Source of the DNA: Craspedostauros australis
Lineage: Eukaryota
Assembly (NCBI GenBank): GCA_030167865.1
Contig: JALAGF010000901.1
Location: 1-37,423 of the forward strand
Direction: 5' to 3'
Length of the DNA stretch: 37,423 nt
Position numbers and translations under genes: made by a program. The notes under the pieces are model-generated. The model searched no databases. It was not told the DNA's origin and was given only the letters and a program-made list of their open reading frames with translations. This document shows, one piece after another, positions 1 through 9,872 of this stretch. Numbering within the stretch: position 1 is the stretch's first letter; each line of letters starts with the position of its first letter.

Positions 1-589
1 TGCGTGCAACTCAGAGCACACCCATTAATGATCCTATCAACCTTTGGTCTCAACAAGTGATGCGATAACATGCAAGGAGCATTCTTATCAGAGCAGTCTA
101 AACTAGAGCTCTATTCTACAGAAGAGAAGCCGATCCAGTCATGTTGGTCGTCTTTCCGTGTTGGTCACGAACNAGTCACGAGTACCAATGTGAAATCCGA
201 ACGTGAGTGCCACATGTGACATGAACACAGGGGTGTGAATGTGAAATGCGATAGGCCTCTATTGTGACTCTCGGTCGGGGAATCGTGGTTTGCGGGTCTT
301 TGTCATGTGTTTGCGAAAGCACGATCAGTGCACACACAGTCGTTCTTTCGTTGTTTTCACGTACGCGAAGATGACGAACACGGACCGAATCACGAGTCTT
401 TGTGTTCGCACGAGTCAATTTCCACATTCTTGTGTCGAAAGCAGGTTGTGGTCTAATGATAGTCATAGCATGCCATGTTCCTTGGGATTGGGGTGCCGAT
501 GCCAAATCAAGCTGGTGTCTGCTTCGGGAGTCCACAAGGGGGAACCAGGTCGCTCCTCTTGGTTGAGGACGTGGCATTGGTGTTGGTGG

Positions 590-1117
590 GCGTTTGCCAT
601 CTTCATCTTCGTTCGTCCACATCTCGGCAGCGTCATGGTCGATCCTTTTCACACCTCTAGTACGCAGTCATCAGCGGCACATGCCGTTCTCAAGATTAGA
701 GAACAATGTGAGAAGCTTCAGGAAATGATCGAGCAGAAGGAGGAAGCCTCATTCAATCCAGGAAAATGGAATTGCAGTCTACCACTCGCAAGTGTAGCAG
801 AGGGATCAGGCAACCTGGCGGATAGATATGCTTCCACTGTGGGGATGCGAAAGATCACAGACGTCGGGTACAAGTTTCTGAGATGGGAGGTGGACTTGTT
901 CACGATCTGCGTCCAGTCTAAGGGTTCATTCAGTACAACCGGGCAAAAGCCTACAGAAGTCCGCGACAGCAGAGACAGGGTTCAACATGAACTTGTAGAC
1001 GTCATGTTCGGTCCCAATCGGTTGTTCTGTGTTGCGAGCAAGAAAAGCAGGCTCTCTTGCAAAAAAATTGCACAAGACAACCCTCCACGAAGTAACCTGA
1101 AGACACACTACACTGGC
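590..1117 (+). pseudogene. Highly diverged 3' end (RNase H-like) of an upstream Ty1/copia element
   Basis: Frame of ORF 290..1255 reads AIFIFVRP...TSSTQ...LP...GNLADRYAST..RKITDVGYKFLR. This loosely follows the copia RNase H pattern (LSSTEAE...LP...AIFLAEN...KHIDIRYHFVRE). It is followed directly by a purine-rich tract and an LTR. Similarity is weak and boundaries are approximate. Confidence 0.35.
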
Positions 1118-1135
1118 TTTCCAACAGAGGAGAAC
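1118..1135 (+). promoter_or_regulatory. Polypurine-tract-like site abutting LTR-A
   Basis: tttccaacAGAGGAGAAc lies immediately before the LTR's TG. The 14-mer tttccaacagagga recurs at 9528-9541. Confidence 0.55.
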
Positions 1136-1927
1136 TGTCGAGATGTACATGCGTGTATATGTCGAGATGTACATGGATATGTGCATCGTTCACCTGTTAT
1201 TCTCTTATACGTACTTGGACGGTACAACTACATTCGTGTCAATAGTATGCTGTGATTCGTCAGAATTACAGTGGAAATGGAACACACGAAAACGAGCAGA
1301 CTTTCTGGAGGAAATTTGCAATCGACGATTTCTGAGAGAATTAGAAGATCGTCCGTCCATCCATCAATGGTACCAAGAGAATCTCGAGGTACTTCCCAAC
1401 TAAACCTCAGATGACGATATCATCTGACAGACTACTACATCACCAATGGAACGTGACATCTGGAGAGCAGAAGAACGCCTACTGACGTCAACAGGATGTC
1501 ATCATGTCACCACGTCGACATCTGTCTCCAAGTCAGAGCAGGAGGCAGAGATCCGATGACCGAGGACATCAAGATCATGGATACAGGAGGTGAACTTCAA
1601 ATGGTAAGTACTCATGGAGTAGGAACCAGCACTGAATGAACGGAGTGTCAAGTGCGAAGTACACATCGAACGTGGGGTATCGTGTAGCACGAAGCACACG
1701 ATATTGAGAGAGAGAGAGAATACGAAGAGTAGCAAGAGAGCATCTCGCTCACCAACTCATAGTCGGAGACTGAATCTACAAAACAGATTGAAGCGCCAAG
1801 AGCATCGGGCAAGAGAACGGACACCAAGACGATCGGAGTGCCAACGTACTGAAATAGCAAATAGAACGACTATCAACCAACACCATCTTCCACGATCGTA
1901 GGCTTCCAATCACGGAACTTGCCAACA
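1136..1927 (+). repeat. LTR-A (792 bp) of a Ty1/copia retrotransposon
   Basis: TGTCGAG...GCCAACA termini. Homologous copies at 16920-17725 (+) and 4854-6368 (-, split) share the same ends. Has a 24-bp tandem duplication at the 5' end and an internal (AG)n tract at about 1706-1719. Confidence 0.92.
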
Positions 1928-2413
1928 CGTTTATAAACGATAGATCAGGGCGATCCCGTGGATTGGATCATGCAAGGAAGGCGACATCATTCAGGAGCAG
2001 CAGGCTGAATGAGCAAGGAAGAGGAATTGAAAGACATCCCTCTGTCCAATCCGGCTATCAAGCAAGAAGAAGGTGCGAGTGAGACTCAACCATGACAAGA
2101 GAAGGAAGCAGCTGCGGCTACTGTCCTATCAGGCGCAGAGGCAAGTGCAATCAACAAGACCAAAGAGGAATGATCTGCCAGACTACATCGCGAGGAGAAG
2201 AGCATTCTCAAGGCGGTCAAGCAAGAGGAGACTGGTGTGACGGAGAGCATTCGCACAGCCAAACAGGGTGGGAAAAGTGAGACGCCACCAGGAGGAGAAT
2301 TTGTGACGAAAACAATCTCCGCACAACAACGAGCGAAAATCGAAAAAGTGACCACACAGAAACTGACGGAAACAGGAAGCGTGCGCGCACCACCAACAAA
2401 ACAACCAATCAAC

Positions 2414-4853
2414 ATGGCAACATCAGCCAACATGAACAAGAAGACTATAGTGCATGGGAGTCCCAAGTGAAGGTGTACGCCCGTGCACAGAAGACAAGAG
2501 ACGTGATGTTGGGTAAGACAGAGATCCCAACAGTGGGTGAGATCGCAGCAGCCAGCGGAGAAGTCAAGGAAGCAATGGAGGAGACCTATGAGCTGGCATG
2601 CGATTGCTTCAGCGATCTGATCCTCATGATGGATGCGGAGAAGGGAAAGGGTAAAGAGGCCATCCAATACATCAACCAATGTGTCTCTGACGACTACCCT
2701 GAGGGGAATCCACACACGGCGTGGAAGGTCCTTGCGGAGAAGTTCCAACCATCCGACGCAGCAACAAAAATCAAACTCAAGCGTCAATTCAACAACGAAA
2801 AGATGAAGAGAGACACGGACCCCGACGTCTACATCACACAACTTGAGCTCCTACGCTCGCGTCTCCACGATGTCGGATACGAGATCACTGATGAAGAAAT
2901 GATCATGCAAATCCTTAGTACGGTAAGCGTGGAGTACAGAACTCACATCGTGAGCTTCAATCATCAACTCACGTTTAATCCAGAAGTGGTTACCATCAGT
3001 GCGATCAGAGGAGTGCTCCGCACAGCACACGCTACACATCAAGGCGGAAAGGTGTACGTCGACGACTTCCAAGACAGTAACACGAAGAGCAACGACACCG
3101 GCTTCACGAGCACCGGTAACTTCAAGGGGACCTGCCACAACTGTGGTGTGTATGGTCATAGATCCGCCAATTGCCCAGAACGCAAGAAATCGAACAACAA
3201 GAAAAACAAAAACAACAACAACAAGATGAACAGAAAGCGCAACAACAATCGCAACAAAGGAAGCGGCTTCAACGGCAAATGCAACTACTGCGGCATCTTT
3301 GGACATCGCGAGGCAGATTGCCGAAAGAAGAAGTTCAACGAGAACAAGAAGGCCGACAAACAGGCCAACACAGCAACGGAAGGACACGACAAGAGCGGGC
3401 ACGAGATGGTACTCTCTGCGAAAGACATGCCGCTCTGCATGTTGGTGTCCGACAACTACATCGAAGACTCCTTCTTCGATAACTTCGAATGCGTCGGGAG
3501 TGACGACGAAGTGCAGGACGATGAGATCGTCCCGGAATGGCTCAGCGAGGAGCCCATCATCCACGAGGTGGATCCAAGACGCGAAGTGAGCTACGAATGC
3601 TGCTTCAACGCGAACGACCTGATTGGTCAATACTGCGACGGAGCTGAGATGGGCAACGAGGCCATCGATAGCGACATCGAAGAGGCAATGAGCGAAGAGG
3701 ATGATAACGCCGACGAGGACGGCGCAGATCAAGACAATGACGATGTCTCCGGAGATGAGACGAACCGCGGTGAAGCGCCGCCCCCTCCAGCAGCAGGGAG
3801 TAACAGAATGGGCATCTTCGATGAAGATGACAGCGACGAAGCTGAGGATCGTCCGAGCGACACCTTCAATCCCCACGAACACGTCGTCTATCCAATCAGA
3901 ATCCAATTCCCCGCGGAGCCAAACTCCAGAAGAGTTGACAACATCTACCGACTCCAAACCTTCCCAGAACCGACGGTCACTGCAAAACGAATGCAGAAGC
4001 AGCTCATCTACGACGCAGTTCTAACGGCTGCAATACCGATGTTCCCAGGGTTCGTGAACGAACCATTGCGATACATTTGGGTGAACATGGTAAGCACCAT
4101 CCTGTCCAAGAACTTCAAGCCGATTGAAGAGATACTTGCCAACGCAGCCATCCTCAACAGACTACTGCAAGCAAACGGAGAAGAAGAACTCTCTGAACTG
4201 GACTTGCACTACGTGCTCAGAGGATGCATGCAGGTGCTCCTGCATGAGCGACCACGAGTAACACCCTATGATCCAGTCACCAGAACACATCGGAACAGCA
4301 CGGTTCCATCGGATCTCGCAGAACTACCCAGTGACAACAACCTGGATGAAGATCACAATCCATACAATGAAGATGGAGTCCACAAAGACGAAGACGATGG
4401 AAGCTACGACGATGAGATAGCTGCAGCAGCCATGGAACAGCTCCACGAGCTGAGCACCAAACACAAGGACAAGGTCAACAAGGACACCTGGCTCGCTGAC
4501 AGCGGATCTTCGTGTCACATCGTCAACTTGGACACCGCTCTCTTCAACGTGCGGCACATCAAGTCCTTCGTCCAAGTGAGAGACAGCACGAAGCTGGACT
4601 CTCCCAAGATGGGATCCATTCACTTGAAGGTCAAGCAACGAGACAACACTGGCCACATCATCTGGCTCGATGATGTGAAGTACACACCCAAGATGGCGGT
4701 GAACCTTTTCTCCACGAACAAGGCTCTGTACAATGGCTATCAGCTTGGTAGCAACATCATTCTGATGGACATCATCAATGGATCCGGAACGAAGATCGTG
4801 TTTGATCGAGTCTTCCCCACATCCAACGGATTCATCACGGGAGTGCAGATGCA
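2414..4853 (+). pseudogene. gag-pol part 1: Gag (two CCHC zinc knuckles), acidic insert, aspartic protease
   Basis: ORF 2467..4908 has QEDYSAWESQVKVYAR just upstream in frame, knuckles CHNCGVYGHRSANC and CNYCGIFGHREADC, and protease motif WLADSGSSCHI. The probable ATG at 2414 is out of frame, suggesting a small indel near 2434. The frame runs into the inserted LTR at 4854. Confidence 0.88.
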
Positions 4854-5061
4854 TGTTGGCAAGTTCCGTGATTGGAAGCCTATGATCGTGGAAGATGGTA
4901 TTGGTTGATAGTCGTTCGTTTGCTATTTCATTACTTGGCTACTCCGATCCTCTCGGTGTACACCAGTTCTCTTGCCCGATGCTCTCGGTGCTTCAATCTG
5001 TTTTGTAGATTCAGTCTCCGACTATGAGTCGGTGAGCGAGATGCTCTCTTGCTACTCTTCG

Positions 5062-5101
<40 letters not shown>

Positions 5102-5354
5102 ATCGTGTGCTCATGCTACACGATACTCCGTGTTCGATGCATACTCTGCATTCGACACTCCGTTCATTCACTGCTGGTTCCTACTCCATGAGTACTTACC
5201 ATTTGAACTTCACCTCCTGTATCCATGATCTCAATGTCCTCGGTCATCGGATCTTCGCCTCCTGCTCTGACATGGAGACAGATGTCGACGTGGTGACACG
5301 ATGACATCCTGTCGACGTCAGGAGGCATCCTTCTGTTCTCCAGATGTCACGTTC

Positions 5355-6039
5355 AGTTGAGATTCAATGAGGGACAGACTATTACCGAACACGGTATCAA
5401 CCCGAAGGGAGAAATTCTTGTTTTGGCGCGAAATCTTCCGACTTGATNGACCACCAAATCTTTTCTCCTCCTTNCTCTCCTCCATTCACGAATCCATCAT
5501 GACTCAAACCTGACCGACCTGACTCACACCCCACCTGGGAACTATATGCTCTTCAGATCCTCCTTGCTACAACATACCTCGATTCCTCCATGCTGATGAT
5601 CACCACACTACCACCGTGGTCTCAACATGCGTATCCAACTTGCTTCAACTCAAGCAATGGAATCCGAGGGTCAGCTTCAGCCACAGCCACTGCTTCATGA
5701 CCATCACCACTAGGTGTCATGACCTACACTGCAGTGTAACTACATGTGCGGAGAGCAAAGTACTGTATTGAATGTCTACTCTGTCGCACTGAATCAAGTA
5801 CATCAGTGCAGGGTCTCGCCAAGTTGTGTGGCATCGTTTCTTCACCCTACTAACACCAATAAGCTAACTCATAANNNNNNNNNNNNNNNNNNNNNNNNNN
5901 NNNNNNNNNNNNNNNNNNNNNNNNNNNNNNTCTTCAATCAGTACACCTCTCTTGAACTGCATCACACGGCTATCCCGAAGCCGGCAGATTCACGAGGCAT
6001 TCTCCACCGATTCGCGACGTCTACGCCCGAATCCTAACT
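5355..6039. mobile_element. Unclassified insertion with AGTT...AACT termini and a 5-bp TSD; true length unknown because of an assembly gap
   Basis: TSD CGTTC at 5350-5354 and 6040-6044. Ends AGTTGAGATTC / GAATCCTAACT form an imperfect 11-bp inverted repeat. LTR homology stops and resumes exactly at the TSD. Confidence 0.75.
5875..5930. other. Assembly gap (run of N)
   Basis: Consecutive n characters. Confidence 0.99.
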
Positions 6040-6374
6040 CGTTCCATTGGTGATGCAGTGGTCTGTCAGATGATATCGTCATCTGAGGTTTAGTTGGGAA
6101 GTACCTCGAGATTCTCTTGGTACCATGCGTTTCCATTGATGGATGGACGGACGAGATTTCTAATTCTCTCAGAAATCGTTGGTTGCAAATTTCCTCCAGA
6201 AATTCTGCTCATTTTCGTGTGTTCCATTTCCACTGTAATTCTGACGAATCACAGCATACTATTGACACGANTGNAGTTATACCGTCCAAGTGCGTATGAG
6301 AGAATAACAGGTGAACGATGCACATATACACGTACATCTCGACATATACTCACATGTACATCTCGACAGATGCA

Positions 6375-7330
6375 TCCTATCATGCCAGCGAATGACGACA
6401 AGGCTTGCACAGCCATCATCAAGAATCCATCCAAGGAGATCAGCGCGGTGAACTTGCATCGAATGCTCAGCCACGCGCCACTCGAGACCATGAAGCGGAC
6501 AGCCGCTCAATACGGATGGAAGATCATTGGCGAGATGCCCGTATGTCGCGACTGCGCGGTCGCAAATGCGAGAGTGAAGAACATCTTGAAGGCAACAATC
6601 CCGAGAGCAAGTCAGCGCGGCGAACGTTTCTTCATCGACATTAGTTACACTAAACACACAAGCTTCAGAAATGAACGCTACTGGACCCTGATCGTGGATG
6701 ACTGCACGGATCACTGCTGGAGTTTCTTTCTCAAGAACAAGAGTGATCAACCAGGATACATCAAACGATTCGTCCAAACGATCAAATCACAGACTGGTGA
6801 CCAACAGATCATCTTCCAAGGAGACAACAGCGGAGAGAACAAATCCACGCAGGATATTCTCATCGATGCAGGACTGAACATGAAATTCGAATTCATGGCA
6901 TCGAACACGCCGCAACAGAACGGTAGAGTGGAACGCAAGTTCGCGTACCTCTACACCAAGATCCGCTCCATGCTCAACGGAGCACAACTCAACAAAGAGT
7001 ACAGGCATGGCTTGTGGGCAGCAGCTGCGAGCACTGCCACCGCCATCGCCAACATCACCGTCGCGAAGAACCAAAAGGAGTCACCACATCGCCAATTCTT
7101 CGGCAGCGATCCACCATACGCAGATGCACTCCGCACATTCGGAGAGGTGGGTGTTGTGAAGACTACCTACGGCGGGATCACCGCCAAACTCAAGAATAGA
7201 GGAGAAGAGATGGTGCACACCAACATGCATCAGGAGTATATAACATGTACAGATCATCAACCAAGTCACTGGTCTGTTCTCGCAACATCAAGTGGCTCAA
7301 CCAATCATACGGACAGTTCCGTGGCTGGGC
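6375..7330 (+). pseudogene. gag-pol part 2: integrase
   Basis: HHCC (LHRMLSH...CRDC) and DDE core (FFIDISY, IVDDCTD, GDNSGEN, TPQQNGRVERKF). Frameshift near 7215-7225; the C-terminal part HASGVYNMY...SRNIKWLNQSYG continues in another frame. Confidence 0.9.
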
Positions 7331-8130
7331 GCCAGCACCGAACACATCCAACGAAGCAGGAACAATGGACACAGACAGCTTCACAACCATTGGACAGAAG
7401 GGAGCGATACCAAGGACGGCAATGCGTCAAATATCAGAGGCAAAGAGAGTATCTTTTGCCAACACAACAAATATCACATCTTATCAGATAGCGATGACGA
7501 GGATGATGAGAATGAAGGAATGGAAATCCAACCAATTGACGACGAAATGGATCGGAGCGAATCTAGCTCAAAGGACAACACTATCCAACCATCCGACGAT
7601 GAAGCTGACGATGACACAGGCGTCACTCCTCCGAATACACCAGCGAAGTCTACACATGAGACTCCATCGAGATCTCCACAGACCAAACCAAGCAAGCGTG
7701 ACATAGACAGAAAGGAGAGGATCCGACATCATGAAGCATGAGGCAGGAAGGGAGACGTTTATCCCAAGCCTACCACAGGGAAGAGAAGTCCCAGAGCACT
7801 GCATGCGCTCGCAGACTTCAACGAACGAGGTCGAAAGGAAGAAGGTTACAAGAGCGAGTCATCATCCAATGAAGAGAGTGATGAACTCAGTGACGAAGTA
7901 ACTGATGAATCCAACAACGAAACTACAGACAATGAGGAAATTGCAGACAAAGAAGAGATCGAGATTACCCATCATAGTACAACAGGACTATACGGAATGA
8001 ACGCAATCATTACCGAGACACCAGCGATCGACATCGGACTGTCGATTCAGGACGAGAACAAGGAACCAGAGAAGCACATCGAACCAACAACATTCGATGG
8101 AGCCTTCAATCACCCAGATCCCATCCATCG

Positions 8131-8336
8131 TATCAGCACAAATACGTATAGTGCAAATTACGTTACTCCCGTAGCCCCCACTATCTATAAATTTCACTTG
8201 TGTTCGGATCAGCAATCGCAACGCCTGTAGCTCAACGGTAGAGCACCAGAAATTCTCACTGAGGTTCCGGGTTCGAATCCTGGCATGGTACTTTGCTTTT
8301 GCTCTCCCCTCGTGATTTTTCGATAGTGCTCTTTCA
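8131..8336. mobile_element. 206-bp insertion carrying a tRNA-like sequence (candidate solo LTR of a tRNA-containing TRIM)
   Basis: 5-bp TSD CATCG at 8126-8130 and 8337-8341. Termini TATCAGCAC...GTGCTCTTTCA share an inverted AGCAC/GTGCT core. Excision restores the RT frame. Confidence 0.85.
8221..8290 (+). ncRNA. tRNA-derived sequence (pseudo-tRNA / Pol III internal promoter)
   Basis: A box TAGCTCAACGGTAGAGC with intact D stem; B box GGTTCGAATCC in an intact T stem (CCGGG/CCTGG). Acceptor and anticodon stems are mismatched. TATAAAT at 8186-8192 and TTTT at 8297-8300. Confidence 0.75.
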
Positions 8337-9527
8337 CATCGAAAGGGATATCGAGCAACCATCAAAAAGGAGTTCGACTCCATGGATACACGCAAGGTGT
8401 AAAGCAAGATCAAACGAGACGCCATTCCACGCGGCCGCAGATGCTGCAAATGCAAATGGGTCTTCAAGCTGAAACGCGATGGCACACATCGAACTCGGTT
8501 CGTTACGTGTGACTACTCACAAGTCACAGGAGTAGACTTCCAAGAGCATTACTCACCAGTCATCCATGACATGACCTACCAAGTCATGATGGTGATCATG
8601 CTGATCAAGAAGATGGACTGCGCACTCGTTGATGTCATAACGGCATTCCTACATGGAGACCTTGACAAGGAGATCTACATGAACTGTCCCAATGGGATGG
8701 ATCATCAAGCAGACAAAGCCCTGACCTTACATAAGCCAATCTACGGACTTGTGCAGAGCACCAGGCAGTGGTTCAAGATGTTGGTATCGACCCTCAAGAA
8801 CATCTGTTTGGAATCGAGGGTACGACTTTGTTGGAATACCCATGATTGCCGCACCTCCCAAAATTGTTCATCACACCTTTGAATAGTATTCGTCACATAT
8901 TTGGAGACTATTCGTCACACCTTTGAATACCATGTCATTACGACTATGATTAAGGACACGAACGTGATTGATACCAGTCCTACTACGAAGAGGGCAGTCT
9001 GTCCTCTGGTATTGTAAGGACAACACCAATGGCGGATCAGGAGGTCCCAATACCAAACCAACCATGGCAACCCTGCAGACGGCAACGTCAGTCAGAACAG
9101 ATGGACAATGGGCAAGTGACGCACCCCCTCCGGGGAGCAACACGCGCCCCCTCCTACAGACAAGACATGCCACAGGTTTGGAACATCACCAAGGTTGACA
9201 TCGATCGTGGGACGATGGTGTCATGAGATCAACAACGGAAACATATGATAGGCAAGTGCTCAGGACTGCAGATCCCTACCATGCAAGCGTAGACAGCTAC
9301 GACGATACAGAGGCAAGCAACAACGATGCCAAGACAAGGAAGCAACAACAGAGCATGATGAATGGGGAGAGAAGCACCTAAGAACAACAGGACACCCCAT
9401 GTCGCCACCGCAACAAATGCCTTCTATGAAATTGAAATTGGAAGAGAAAGTGAGATTGAGCTCACAGTTCTAAAACAGTACAGTTTCTAACAGCAGATTA
9501 GATCACAGTACTAACTATAACCCGGGA

Positions 9528-9872
9528 TTTCCAACAGAGGATATCTTGTGGCGCGGCCAGCGTGTCGAGCCTAGCCTAGATGCCCATAACTATAAAATGT
9601 AAGAGCTAGGTGGGCCAACATTTCACACAGTAGCCCACCACCTTTAGTTTTATATGTGTGCAAAGTTACATATTGGTCATAAACGTCCTTCCGGGGCGAA
9701 CCCATGCTTCCAAGAGCAACAGAAAGTTGTACAGAACTCTATGTTGCGAAGATTCGAAGTATTCCGTTGGCAGTCACAAGATACAATCAAGTATGAAGAG
9801 TACTATTGTCGTATGTACCAACAAAAAGGATGGTGTAGAAGCAGATAGATACAATTGCTTGCATCTGTGACA
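9528..9872 (+). repeat. PPT-like site followed by a possible LTR of a different family
   Basis: tttccaacagagga is identical to the site before LTR-A and is followed by TGTGGCGC at 9547. Downstream sequence does not match LTR-A. The right end (CA at 9823 or 9872) is uncertain. Confidence 0.35.

Larger units (their letters stand above)
4854..6368 (-). mobile_element. Inverted solo LTR of the same family, split in two (4854-5354 and 6040-6368)
   Basis: Reverse complement of LTR-A end to end, flanked by the direct repeat GATGCA (4848-4853 and 6369-6374). Removing it rejoins ...ITGVQMH|PIMPANDDKAC... in frame. Expanded (TC)n at about 5065-5098. Confidence 0.92.
1136..8810 (+). mobile_element. Degenerate Ty1/copia LTR retrotransposon with nested insertions, 3'-truncated
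   Basis: LTR followed by gag-PR-IN-RT, the copia domain order. Disrupted by insertions at 4854-6368 and 8131-8336, frameshifts and a stop. RT homology stops near 8810, before the YVDD motif. Confidence 0.93.
8081..8810 (+). pseudogene. gag-pol part 3: copia reverse transcriptase N-terminal half, interrupted and truncated
   Basis: After removing 8131-8336 plus one TSD copy it reads EPTTFDGAFNHPDPIHRKGYRATIKKEFDSM..KV*..CKWVFKLKRDG..YSQVTGVDF..YSPV..VDVITAFLHGDLDKEIYM..KPIYGLVQSTRQWF. TAA at 8400-8402 replaces the conserved Trp. Confidence 0.9.

Noticed and set aside
290-1255. 321-aa ORF as a host gene (also 6094..7491 and 16557..17039 as given)
   Set aside because: These frames run across LTR boundaries and include translated LTR sequence, so they are chimeric.
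4854-6368. True autointegration product, or a full inverted element
   Set aside because: The inverted LTR differs from LTR-A by many substitutions and indels, and its two halves overlap only by the 5-bp TSD. It is one interrupted solo LTR from another copy.
8221-8290. Functional tRNA gene (TTC at the anticodon position)
   Set aside because: Acceptor and anticodon stems are mispaired, the loop lacks U33 and a purine at 37, and it lies inside a TSD-flanked insertion.
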